Below, in pieces: positions 8,901-19,655 of a stretch of DNA of 64,000 nt; the stretch's first letter is position 1, and each line of letters begins with the position of its first letter. A program made the position numbers and the translations under genes. The DNA is taken from NCBI GenBank assembly GCA_963640795.1, contig CAVIAZ010000001.1, forward strand, positions 1,282 to 65,281. The letters are read 5' to 3'. Source of the DNA: a bacterium. Lineage in GTDB: Bacteria > Spirochaetota > Spirochaetia > Sphaerochaetales > Sphaerochaetaceae. Under the pieces are notes generated by a model, which was given only the letters and a program-made list of their open reading frames with translations, was not told where the DNA came from and searched no databases.

Positions 8901-11712
8901 GTTAATCATTAAGGGGGCAAGGGAACATAATCTCAGGAATGTAGATATAACAATACCGAAGAACAGCCTTGTTGTTATTTCCGGTCTCTCAGGTTCGGGT
9001 AAGAGCAGTCTTGCTTTCGATACTGTCTTTGCTGAGGGACAGCGCCGCTACATGGAGTCGCTTTCTTCTTATGCAAGGATGTTCCTCGGCAGGCTTGAGA
9101 AGCCTGATGTCGACAGCATTGAGGGACTCAGCCCGTCAATTGCAATAGAGCAGAAATCGACTAACCGTAACCCTCGTTCAACAGTGGGTACTGTTACTGA
9201 AATATATGATTACTACCGTCTTCTCTGGGCAAGAATCGGTAAGACTTACTGTCCCAAATGCGGGAAGAAGATTGAAGAGGTCTCTGTTGACCAGATAATC
9301 GATTTTATCTTCTCTCATCCTGAAGACGGAAAATTGATTATCCTTTCCCCGATAGCCAGGGGAAGAAAAGGGGAGTTCCGTTCGGTTCTTGAGGATGCCA
9401 GGAAGGCAGGATACCTCAAGGCCGAAATAGACGGCAAAGTATATGACCTGGACGGGGAGATTCCGTCCCTTGAGAAGAACATAAAGCACAACATATCGAT
9501 TGTTGTTGACAGAGTGAAAAACAGCAAAAAGGCCAGAACAAGGATTTCAGAGGCAGTTGAGAAGGCCGGTGACATGAGCGGAGGTCTCATCGAAGTCAAT
9601 TACATTGATGAGAACAGAAGGGAACTCTATAACCAGAAGAACAGCTGTCCTGACTGCGGAATAGCCATTCCGGACCCTGAACCAAGACTCTTCTCATTCA
9701 ATTCCCCTCTTGGTGCTTGTCCTAACTGTAACGGACTCGGTTATAACCAGGAATTTGACATTGATAAGATAATCCCTGACAGGTCCCTGTCTTATCTTGA
9801 CGGGGCAATAGCGACGCACAGCCCGACAGCCAAGACCTATCGTAGCGGACTTGAGGCCCTCTACAAGCACTACGGCTTTGATCTTAAGACGCCGGTATGT
9901 GACCTTCCTGACTGGTTTACAGACATAGTGCTTTACGGAGGAGGAGACAAACTTGATTATTCTTATTCTTCAAGTAACGGCAAGACATACTTCAATCATA
10001 AAGAATATGAAGGGATAGTCCCCGAACTCACAAGACGGAAGAAGATGACAGAGAGTATGAACATGCAGTCAACTCTCGAGAGTTATATGAGTGAGATTAC
10101 CTGTCCCAAATGTAAAGGTGACAGGCTTAAGAAGGAAGCCCTCTCCATCAGAGTGAACGGATTGAATATCATAGAGGCGTCCAGGATGAGTGTCAGGGAG
10201 TCCCTCAGATTTTTCTCCAGTCTTGAACTAACCGAGAACGAGAAGACGATTTCGAGTCAGATTCTCAAGGAGATCTTATCCCGCCTCACTTTCCTGGACA
10301 ATGTAGGACTGGGGTATCTTACTCTTTTCAGGTCCGCTTCTACTCTCTCCGGTGGGGAGAGCCAGAGAATAAGGCTTGCTACCCAGATCGGCTCGGCCCT
10401 GAGCGGTGTTCTCTATGTACTTGATGAGCCCAGCATAGGACTGCACCAGCGTGACAACCAGAAACTCATCGATACGCTCAAGAAACTCAGGGGGCTGGGA
10501 AACACTGTCCTTGTTGTTGAGCATGATGAGGATACAATAAGAGAGGCTGACTGGGTGATTGATATGGGACCCGGTGCTGGAGTCAACGGCGGTAAGGTCA
10601 TTGCGGAGGGAACTCCTCAGGAGATTGAGAAGAATCCTGATTCTGTAACAGGACAGTTCCTCTCGGGTGCACTGACAATAGATGTCCCTGAAAGAAGGCG
10701 TGAAGGAAACGGAAAGAGTATAATTGTCAGAGGATGCTCGAAGAACAACCTCAAGAATATCGATGTTGAGATTCCTCTTGGAAAGTTTGTCTGTATAACT
10801 GGAGTATCGGGATCAGGCAAGTCCACATTCCTCAATGAGATACTTCAGCCTGCAATCAAGCGTAAACTTAACCGCAGAAAGGAGAAACTTGACGGGTACA
10901 GCTCCATTACCGGACTTGAAAACATTGACAAGCTTGTTGCAATTGACCAGAGCCCGATAGGACGTACTCCGCGTTCCAACCCGGCTACATATATTGACCT
11001 TTTCACTCCTATAAGGGAGCTCTTTGCCTCAATGAACGAAGCTAAAGCCAGGGGATACACCCCCGGAAGATTCTCATTCAATGTCCCGGGGGGAAGATGT
11101 GAGAACTGCTCTGGGGACGGAACAATCAAGATAGAGATGCACTTCCTCTCCGATGTATATGTGAAGTGTGATGTATGCGAAGGGAGGCGTTATAACAAGG
11201 AGACCCTCAGCGTCACATATAAAGGAAAGAATATAAGTGAAGTGCTTGATATGACAGTGAGGGAGGCTCTCGATTTCTTCTCCCTCCACACCAAGATCAA
11301 GCGTAAACTCCAGACGCTTGTTGATGTAGGACTAGATTACATAACACTCGGACAGAGTGCGCTGACACTCTCTGGAGGAGAAGCACAGAGAGTCAAGCTT
11401 GCCCTGGAATTGAGTAAGGTACAGACAGGAAAGACGCTTTATATACTGGATGAACCTACAACAGGATTGCATTTTTATGATGTGAAGAAGCTCCTTGAGG
11501 TTCTAAACAGACTCGTTGAGCAGGGTAACACTGTAGTTGTCATCGAGCATAATCTCGATGTCATAAAGGAAGCTGATTATATAATTGACCTCGGCCCGGA
11601 AGGCGGTGAGGAGGGGGGACGGATAGTCGCCTGTGGAACTCCTGAAGAAGTCGCACTTTCACCAAACAGCTTTACGGGGTATTATCTAAGGAAGTATCTG
11701 AAGAAAAAGTGA
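8890..11712 (+). CDS. uvrA: excinuclease ABC subunit A
   Basis: About 940 aa. LIIKGAREHNLRNVDITIP..., two Walker A sites (GLSGSGKSS, GVSGSGKST), zinc-finger CxxC pairs and LSGGE signature motifs. The probable start is ATG 8890 (track: TTG 8884). Overlaps the ispG 3' end. Confidence 0.97.
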   Translation: MADKLIIKGAREHNLRNVDITIPKNSLVVISGLSGSGKSSLAFDTVFAEGQRRYMESLSSYARMFLGRLEKPDVDSIEGLSPSIAIEQKSTNRNPRSTVGTVTEIYDYYRLLWARIGKTYCPKCGKKIEEVSVDQIIDFIFSHPEDGKLIILSPIARGRKGEFRSVLEDARKAGYLKAEIDGKVYDLDGEIPSLEKNIKHNISIVVDRVKNSKKARTRISEAVEKAGDMSGGLIEVNYIDENRRELYNQKNSCPDCGIAIPDPEPRLFSFNSPLGACPNCNGLGYNQEFDIDKIIPDRSLSYLDGAIATHSPTAKTYRSGLEALYKHYGFDLKTPVCDLPDWFTDIVLYGGGDKLDYSYSSSNGKTYFNHKEYEGIVPELTRRKKMTESMNMQSTLESYMSEITCPKCKGDRLKKEALSIRVNGLNIIEASRMSVRESLRFFSSLELTENEKTISSQILKEILSRLTFLDNVGLGYLTLFRSASTLSGGESQRIRLATQIGSALSGVLYVLDEPSIGLHQRDNQKLIDTLKKLRGLGNTVLVVEHDEDTIREADWVIDMGPGAGVNGGKVIAEGTPQEIEKNPDSVTGQFLSGALTIDVPERRREGNGKSIIVRGCSKNNLKNIDVEIPLGKFVCITGVSGSGKSTFLNEILQPAIKRKLNRRKEKLDGYSSITGLENIDKLVAIDQSPIGRTPRSNPATYIDLFTPIRELFASMNEAKARGYTPGRFSFNVPGGRCENCSGDGTIKIEMHFLSDVYVKCDVCEGRRYNKETLSVTYKGKNISEVLDMTVREALDFFSLHTKIKRKLQTLVDVGLDYITLGQSALTLSGGEAQRVKLALELSKVQTGKTLYILDEPTTGLHFYDVKKLLEVLNRLVEQGNTVVVIEHNLDVIKEADYIIDLGPEGGEEGGRIVACGTPEEVALSPNSFTGYYLRKYLKKK

Positions 11713-14700
11713 AAAAGAGAGTATTGGTATTAGCCTTATTTCTGATGTTTATCCTTCCTCTTCTCTCGGCTGTCGGAGTTGAGATGATTTACTATGCACC
11801 GGAAAGCGTACTTTCATCGATGGCTCTTTCCCGGGGGCTTGATAATTCAGGCACTGCCGATGAAATCAGAGAGCGTCTTTACGACTATTACGGCTATGTT
11901 AAGACTGACATACTCGAAGACAGTTCTGAAAAGAAAGGAGAAGCTGTGAGTGATGAAGCCGGAAATGCGGAAAGCACGGAGAGCACGTATGTATTGCAGA
12001 TAAATTCAGCAAACAGTGTGACGGGAAGCGATTCTGTATTTACAGTTGAAGGCAATGTCATCATAGATTTTCTCCAGGGTGATAATGACAAGAAGACGCT
12101 CAGCGCAACAAAGGTTGTAGTTGATACATCCAGGAAGATTATCACGGCACTGGGTAATGCAAAATATGTAGATTCGGCCTCAGATGCTGCCATAAAGGAA
12201 ATCGAAGCAGATATCCTCACTGTCGCCTGGGAAGAGGGTGACATATATATAACAGACGGAACTACAACGACTGAAAGACAGAACAGTGAGAAGAAGAAGG
12301 TCACTTTCTCGACCTCAGGAGAGAGACTCTCTTATTTGAGTGAGGGGGCAATCATCTTCGACGAAGGATACATTACATCCAATCCGAAGACAGCCTATTC
12401 TTCAATTTCTGCCTCATCTATCATGATTCTCCCGGGAGAGGATATGTTCCTGAGTAATGCAACCTTTAATATAGGGCGTGTTCCGATTTTCTATCTCCCG
12501 TTCTTCTTTTTCCCGGGATCCAAAATTCTCGGTAACCCCTCATTCGGTTTTGATTCCGATAAAGGTTCCTTCCTCAACACTTCATTTGAAATATTCGGAA
12601 CTTACCCGAAGATAGAGAGCTCGGACGAGTCATCCTCATTCTCCAGCCTTCTGAAGAGTGCTGAAGACAACTCTGACAAGGAACGTAACGGATATTATTA
12701 CCAGGATACAGATACCCTCACTGGGATTGAGAAGTTTGCAAAGGACACTTCAAGTTATCTTGTTCTTCTCTTTGACACTTACCAGGGTGGAAGCAGTGCA
12801 AAGATGCTCTCAAGTGGTGGTGTCCACCTGGGAGTTGACAGTGCAATAAACCTCTTCAACAACAAATTGAAGATCAATGTCTTCACCGGAATTGCCACTC
12901 CGCAAAGTACAACAGACAAGGCCATCAGATACTATGGCAATAATTCGCTCTCTTTTTCTTCATCCGGACTCAGTCTTTCGCTTAAGGTTCCGTATTACTC
13001 TGACAGGACTGTTCTCTATCATTATGGAAACAGACTCACTGGTTTCTCATACGGGCCTCTGATGGGTGGAACTTCCGAGTTCCCTGATGATTATTCCTCA
13101 AGCGGTATTTCATCTTACACACAGTCATTCAGCCTGACGTACTCACTTCCGTCCTCCGTAAAGATTCCTTTTGTGTCGTCACTTTCCCTTAAAAACCTTT
13201 CTCTCGACAGGACTTTCTCAATTAGATCCTCTTCTTCCAGTGGTGAAAAGAATGCTGTTCTGACGTCATACTCACTTCCGTCACTTTCTGTATCTCTCTC
13301 AGGAAGCATATTGAGTCTTGAGATGAAAAAGAAGACTGCTGAAAAGACTTCAACTACAGAGAATACCAGAAGTGAAGATAACGATGCCTCCCTGACGGAG
13401 GAGGAGAAGGAGATACTCCTCTCTGATCTCTACAGAAAGGATAATACAGTCACTTCTGTCTCATCTTCAACTGCTTCAAAGGTGAACCTTTCATATACAG
13501 TGACGGAGGATTTCTCTAACAAGGTCAACAACAATTCCACAACAGAAGAGAAGTCTGATGAGAGGCTCAGCAGTGTGACTTACTCAAAGGTTTCGATGGA
13601 AGGCAATGCCGGCAGCCTGGTGAATGTAAGCAACGTATTTACAAATACAATGACATACTCATTCACCAACAACTATTCTTCATCAGCATGGTCAAAGAAA
13701 CTTACATTCAACCCTCTGAACACTCTCAAGGTAACTGTGCCATATATAGGTGTGACATATAATCTCTCATTCAAGCCTTTTGATTATACGGATGAAGAGT
13801 CGGACACACAGTCAAAAACTGTTACTTCAAATAGCTTTGCCTTTACAAAGGATTTCGTCAAAACTCATTCGCTTGTATTCAGCAAGACTCTTAAGACTGA
13901 CTCCTACGGTTCGTTCACCGGGGATTTGACATACATACTTTTCCCGCTTGACGGCACTGTCACGCCATCCCTCAAGTGGTCAAAGAGCGGTTTCTCGCTT
14001 TCTCTCTCCTGGCTCTTTAAGATTGAAAACGAGAAGTTCAATAAGGATGTAGCTAAACTCGGTCTTTCCTATTCCTCAACTTATTTCACTACTTCATCTT
14101 CTCTCAGTTACCAGACGAAGGATCTTGAAAGTGTAACAGACTACTTTGACCCGTTCTCAATGGAGTCTTCTGTCAGGCTCCAGAATAAGGATAAAAACTA
14201 TTATATTGAGGAGACAGTGAAGGGGGACGGCACTACAGATGGCTTTGTAAGCGAATTGAAGACAACTGTGAAGCTCAATGAGATAACCGGGACAGTCACT
14301 CATAAACGCGACAGCACGACAAATGATATCGAGCTGGACAGCATAAACATACAGAGTAATGTAAAGGGAAAGTCATTTCAGCTTTGGAAGGGAAGATTCT
14401 ATCTTTCATTCGGACTTGATTCCACTCTTTTCATAAACACACAGAGCAGGGACAAGTCCTACCTGACGTTCTCTCCGAATATCATCCTGTCGGTAGCTGA
14501 GTTCATGGATATAAAATTCTCATTCAAAACCCAGAACAGCAAGTTTACCTCATATTATGATAATGACAGCTTTTCATTCCCGCTCTTCTGGGAGGATCTT
14601 GCGAGGAGCCTCGACTTTGTAGGGGATGGAAGGAGTAATACAAACTTCATCATGCAGAGCGCATCGCTGGAGGTTGTGCATTACATGGAGGACTGGAACC

Positions 14701-14867
14701 TCAACTTCAAGTATACGACATCATTTGTCAAGGGAAGTGACAACAATAAGACAGTTTATTCCCTGCAGCCGAGTTTCTCGATATACTTGTCGTGGAACAC
14801 AATGCCTGACTTGAAGGCTGAAGAGAATTGGAAGCGGGATGCTTCAGGAAAATGGACGAGGCAGTAA
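11709..14867 (+). CDS. LptD/OstA-family outer-membrane protein (large beta-barrel) with signal peptide
   Basis: 1052 aa with an N-terminal signal peptide (MKKRVLVLALFLMFILPLLSA). An OstA-like repetitive beta region precedes GRVPIFYLPFFFFPG, which resembles the VPIFYxPY motif at the start of the LptD barrel. The C-terminal part is rich in S/T/Y/F. The GTG start overlaps the uvrA stop. Confidence 0.6.
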   Translation: MKKRVLVLALFLMFILPLLSAVGVEMIYYAPESVLSSMALSRGLDNSGTADEIRERLYDYYGYVKTDILEDSSEKKGEAVSDEAGNAESTESTYVLQINSANSVTGSDSVFTVEGNVIIDFLQGDNDKKTLSATKVVVDTSRKIITALGNAKYVDSASDAAIKEIEADILTVAWEEGDIYITDGTTTTERQNSEKKKVTFSTSGERLSYLSEGAIIFDEGYITSNPKTAYSSISASSIMILPGEDMFLSNATFNIGRVPIFYLPFFFFPGSKILGNPSFGFDSDKGSFLNTSFEIFGTYPKIESSDESSSFSSLLKSAEDNSDKERNGYYYQDTDTLTGIEKFAKDTSSYLVLLFDTYQGGSSAKMLSSGGVHLGVDSAINLFNNKLKINVFTGIATPQSTTDKAIRYYGNNSLSFSSSGLSLSLKVPYYSDRTVLYHYGNRLTGFSYGPLMGGTSEFPDDYSSSGISSYTQSFSLTYSLPSSVKIPFVSSLSLKNLSLDRTFSIRSSSSSGEKNAVLTSYSLPSLSVSLSGSILSLEMKKKTAEKTSTTENTRSEDNDASLTEEEKEILLSDLYRKDNTVTSVSSSTASKVNLSYTVTEDFSNKVNNNSTTEEKSDERLSSVTYSKVSMEGNAGSLVNVSNVFTNTMTYSFTNNYSSSAWSKKLTFNPLNTLKVTVPYIGVTYNLSFKPFDYTDEESDTQSKTVTSNSFAFTKDFVKTHSLVFSKTLKTDSYGSFTGDLTYILFPLDGTVTPSLKWSKSGFSLSLSWLFKIENEKFNKDVAKLGLSYSSTYFTTSSSLSYQTKDLESVTDYFDPFSMESSVRLQNKDKNYYIEETVKGDGTTDGFVSELKTTVKLNEITGTVTHKRDSTTNDIELDSINIQSNVKGKSFQLWKGRFYLSFGLDSTLFINTQSRDKSYLTFSPNIILSVAEFMDIKFSFKTQNSKFTSYYDNDSFSFPLFWEDLARSLDFVGDGRSNTNFIMQSASLEVVHYMEDWNLNFKYTTSFVKGSDNNKTVYSLQPSFSIYLSWNTMPDLKAEENWKRDASGKWTRQ

Positions 14868-15818
14868 GTGGCTGAAACATATATATTTGATGATGAAAAG
14901 ACAGAATTGGTTCTTGGGCCTAATGACCGTAATCTTTCATATCTTGAACTTATTCTCGGCAGTGACATAACAGTGAAGGGGAACACTCTTACGCTATGGA
15001 GAAACACCCCTTTCTTCATCCCCCTCATGAAAAGGCTCGAGAGAGTTTCCTCCGAGCGGGGTGCCCTCGGAGAGGGTGAGATATATATGGAATTCCAGGA
15101 AGTGAAGGATGAAACTGAAACTCCGGATGAAATCTCAACTCCGGTAAAAGAGGGAAAGGAGTCCATAAATGTGTTGGGAAAGACTGTCTGGCCGAAGACG
15201 AAAACCCAGCGTGAATTCATCTCCTCACTGTTCTCGAGCCAGCTTGTCTTTGCCTCAGGACCTGCCGGGTCGGGTAAGACATTTCTATCTGTTGCTTTTG
15301 CCCTTGAGGAGATATTTTCAGGTCACAGAAACAAGATAGTTCTTACGCGTCCAGTAGTTGAAGCAGGGGAGTCATTGGGCTTTCTCCCGGGAGACCTCTC
15401 GCAGAAGCTCAATCCTTATCTCAGACCCCTCTATGATGCAATGGATCTCCTTCTTAATCCCCAGCAGATAAAGAGACTTGAGGAAAACGGAACAATTGAG
15501 ATAGCTCCTCTTGCATACATGAGGGGACGGAGTCTCAATAACTCAGTGGTGATTCTTGATGAGGCCCAGAATACCACAAAGGGACAGATGAAGATGTTTC
15601 TTACCCGAATAGGGGAGTCCAGTACGGCAATTGTCAACGGAGATCCGACACAGATTGACCTCCCGAGGAAGAGCGATAGCGGATTTACTGAGGCAATAAG
15701 AATATTGGATGGAATTGACGGCCTCTCTGTGGTAAGATTTACTCATCGTGATACTGTAAGGTCCCGCCTTGTGAGGGAGATTGTCAAAGCTTATTCCGTG
15801 GAGGACAGAAATGAGTAA
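14868..15818 (+). CDS. phoH: PhoH-like ATPase
   Basis: 316 aa with Walker A GPAGSGKTF, VILDEAQN and NGDPTQIDLP motifs. Confidence 0.9.
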   Translation: MAETYIFDDEKTELVLGPNDRNLSYLELILGSDITVKGNTLTLWRNTPFFIPLMKRLERVSSERGALGEGEIYMEFQEVKDETETPDEISTPVKEGKESINVLGKTVWPKTKTQREFISSLFSSQLVFASGPAGSGKTFLSVAFALEEIFSGHRNKIVLTRPVVEAGESLGFLPGDLSQKLNPYLRPLYDAMDLLLNPQQIKRLEENGTIEIAPLAYMRGRSLNNSVVILDEAQNTTKGQMKMFLTRIGESSTAIVNGDPTQIDLPRKSDSGFTEAIRILDGIDGLSVVRFTHRDTVRSRLVREIVKAYSVEDRNE

Positions 15819-17988
15819 AGCCGGAAAAATATTCAAAGGATTCTCGAAAGGGGAACTTGTGGCATTCATCATTCTGATGACTCTCTGTTTCTTTCTCTCT
15901 GTTGCAATACCGCTTCTGCTTTCATCAAATACAATCTTTGCAATCAAGGCGACAAAGACATATAAGGAAAACGAACTCAGTGACGAAAATCTTGTCTCCC
16001 CGATAACCTTCTCATACATAGATGAGGAGGAGACGGAGGCGAGAAGGGATAAAGTTGCAAAAGGTGTCTTTCCTTACTATGCTTATTCATATAGCGCGTC
16101 CCTTGCTATGAGTAGTAAAGCCGGAATGGTCTACGATTATCTTATGTATGGAACGGAAATAAGTGATGAGTCACTTTCTCCTGTCGTAACACTGCTTTCC
16201 TCTCTCAGCGACAGTACCAGAAACGGTATGTATGGGGCTATTGTCAGTGAAACAGTCAATTATTTCATGAAATCCGGAATATTTTGTAGTGATGATATAA
16301 ACTATATGATTTCAGAAGGCTATACATCCCTTTATGTCATCAAATCTGATGAACTTCCATATACTCTGAAGGGACTGAGTGTCTCAGTTGATGATGTCTT
16401 TGTTGAGGATGATATCGAATCTCTGGCATACCGCTGGATAGTCCTGTCTTATCCTGATGTTGAGACGTCGGAAGTTCAGGTACTTGCCGATATCGTGAAC
16501 ATGATAAAGGAACCCAATGTCTTTTATGATGAGGTATATACGGAATCGATGAGAGAGAAGGCCCGTGACAGTGTGAATCCTGTAGTCGTGAGTGTGAACA
16601 AGGGGGATTATATACTCCGTGTTGATACTCTTGTCACGGCTGAGCAGTTGAGAACACTTAATATCCTCAACTCAAAGAGAGTTACGAAAATGTCATTTTC
16701 GTCTTTCCTTCCTAGAATTATCATTTCCTTCTGCATTCTATGGTGCTGGTTCTTTTATTCAAACAAGGAAGTTAAGTATGAGTACAGAAGGGGGCAGTAT
16801 ACTGTAATCAGCCTTTCACTGCTTGTTCTCTCCCTCCTCCTGGGATTTTTCCTTGCCTGGAAAATAGTCGGAATGGGGTACACAATCTTTGACTCTATGA
16901 TGCCGATTCTCTTCATTGCCATGATCGGGGTATCGATATCGAATTCAATAAAATATGGGATGGCCAATGTGCTTTCTCTGGGCGTGATGTATATCCTCTG
17001 GCCGGATTCCTCATTCTTCTCGCTTGTCTATTATTTCCTTTGTGGTTTCATAGTCTGTTTTTTCATAAGAAAGAGCAAGGGGCGTTTCGATACAGTCTCT
17101 ACATGCATCAAGTGCGCGGGGATTCTTGCTGCTGTGACATTCTTCTTCTCCCTTCTGAACACAACGAGCATATACCAGCTGCTCTTCTTGTGTATAGGAG
17201 TGTCCCTTAACGTCATAATCTCATTTGTTCTCTATTCGATTGTACTTCCTGTCCTTGAGAAGGTATGCAACATACCTACAAAACAGAGGCTTATTGAGCT
17301 TGCATACACAGACAATGCGACTCTGACACAGCTTAACCAGGTGGCACAGGGGACATATAACCATGTAAAGAATGTCTCTGACCTTGCATATAATGCTGCC
17401 CAGGCCATCGGATGTAATGCCGAGCTGGCCCTTGTGGGCGCAAGGTATCATGATATCGGGAAGATGACCCATCCGGAGTATTTTGTAGAAAACCAGAGCG
17501 ACAAGAATGCCCATGACCAGATTTCAAGCCAGCTCTCATCATCGATTATCAAGTCTCACGTAAGGCTTGGACTGGAAAAGGGAAAGGAGATTGGGCTTCC
17601 GCAGGAGGTTCTGGACATAATCGGCGAGCATCATGGTAATGACATTATCAAATACTTTTACAATGAGGCCGTGAAGAATTCCGGGAATAAGTCGACCGTT
17701 GTCAAGGAAGACTTCATGTATGACGGTACACCTCCAACAACTAAGGAGAGTGCAATTGTCATGATTGCTGACTGCGTTGAGGCGGCAACAAGAACAATTA
17801 AGAGGCCTAACCATCAGAAGTACGAGAAGTTCATCAATACAATCATCATAGAGAAGGTTGCACACGGACAGCTCGATAATTCCGGTCTGACAATGAAGGA
17901 TCTGAAGACAATAAAGGAAGCCTTTATTCCGACTTTGATAGGACGTGACCATCACAGAATCAGTTATTCTGATGATGACGAAGATTGA
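15811..17988 (+). CDS. 7TM-receptor / HD-domain membrane phosphohydrolase (PgpH/YqfF-like)
   Basis: Large extracellular N-domain, about 7 TM helices, and a C-terminal HD domain (GARYHDIGKM...GEHHG). Classic position between phoH and ybeY. The ATG at 15811 overlaps the phoH stop (ATGAGTAA); the track start at 15781 is probably too early. Confidence 0.85.
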   Translation: MSKAGKIFKGFSKGELVAFIILMTLCFFLSVAIPLLLSSNTIFAIKATKTYKENELSDENLVSPITFSYIDEEETEARRDKVAKGVFPYYAYSYSASLAMSSKAGMVYDYLMYGTEISDESLSPVVTLLSSLSDSTRNGMYGAIVSETVNYFMKSGIFCSDDINYMISEGYTSLYVIKSDELPYTLKGLSVSVDDVFVEDDIESLAYRWIVLSYPDVETSEVQVLADIVNMIKEPNVFYDEVYTESMREKARDSVNPVVVSVNKGDYILRVDTLVTAEQLRTLNILNSKRVTKMSFSSFLPRIIISFCILWCWFFYSNKEVKYEYRRGQYTVISLSLLVLSLLLGFFLAWKIVGMGYTIFDSMMPILFIAMIGVSISNSIKYGMANVLSLGVMYILWPDSSFFSLVYYFLCGFIVCFFIRKSKGRFDTVSTCIKCAGILAAVTFFFSLLNTTSIYQLLFLCIGVSLNVIISFVLYSIVLPVLEKVCNIPTKQRLIELAYTDNATLTQLNQVAQGTYNHVKNVSDLAYNAAQAIGCNAELALVGARYHDIGKMTHPEYFVENQSDKNAHDQISSQLSSSIIKSHVRLGLEKGKEIGLPQEVLDIIGEHHGNDIIKYFYNEAVKNSGNKSTVVKEDFMYDGTPPTTKESAIVMIADCVEAATRTIKRPNHQKYEKFINTIIIEKVAHGQLDNSGLTMKDLKTIKEAFIPTLIGRDHHRISYSDDDED

Positions 17989-17997
17989 GGATAGATT

Positions 17998-18420
17998 ATG
18001 TATACACTTGAACCGGAGGATTTTCCTCTCTCAGATTATGTGAATGAAAAACTTGAGAAGATTCTCTCCTACCTTGATGAAGAAAGAGATTTTTCAGTGA
18101 CTTTCGTCTCTGATGAGGAGATACAGGCTCTCAACAGGGATTACAGGAATATGGACATGCCGACAGATATACTTACATTCAGGCTCGGAGACGGCGACGA
18201 TGACTTTCCTCCGTCTCCCGATGAGATGGGAGATATCTTCATATCACTTGAAAGCTGTAAGCGGAATGCCGAGGAATTCGGTGTCGGTTACCTGGAGGAA
18301 CTGGAGCGGCTTCTTCTTCACGGTATACTTCACCTCAGGGGGCTTGACCATGCAACAAATGATTTTAACACTGAGCCCATGCTTATAGAGCAGGAGAGGA
18401 TATTATCTGCACTGAAGTGA
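17998..18420 (+). CDS. ybeY: endoribonuclease YbeY (rRNA maturation)
   Basis: 140 aa with the HGILHLRGLDH zinc-binding motif. Confidence 0.9.
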   Translation: MYTLEPEDFPLSDYVNEKLEKILSYLDEERDFSVTFVSDEEIQALNRDYRNMDMPTDILTFRLGDGDDDFPPSPDEMGDIFISLESCKRNAEEFGVGYLEELERLLLHGILHLRGLDHATNDFNTEPMLIEQERILSALK

Positions 18421-18574
18421 AAGACATTATCAGGCACACTCCTCTGGACGTGATGTTTTTTGTTCTATATTTTCTTTCCATTATTGCAATTTTGAAGAGA
18501 ATATGATAAAGCATATCTGCTTGTTAACGATAGTTTATTATCGAAATATCTTTGTTCTGTTTAAGGAGAAATAA

Positions 18575-19585
<1,011 letters not shown>

Positions 19586-19609
19586 TAAGAAGTCGCTTGA
19601 TTTGTTATG

Positions 19610-19636
19610 GGCCTGTTCATACGAGCAGGCCTTTTT
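19610..19636 (+). terminator. hairpin plus T-run between gap and pgk (terminator or attenuator)
   Basis: GGCCTG, 10-nt loop, CAGGCC, followed by TTTTT. The pgk RBS AAAGGAG follows at about 19642. Confidence 0.6.
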
Positions 19637-19655
19637 ATCCTTAAAGGAGTAAATT

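Noticed and set aside
7894-11620. G6 homopolymer runs inside ispG (about 7896, about 8605) and uvrA (about 11086, about 11612) as possible phase-variation tracts
   Set aside because: They are short (6 nt), lie in essential conserved genes and encode normal Gly/Gly-Gly residues within conserved motifs. This is not the context of contingency loci.
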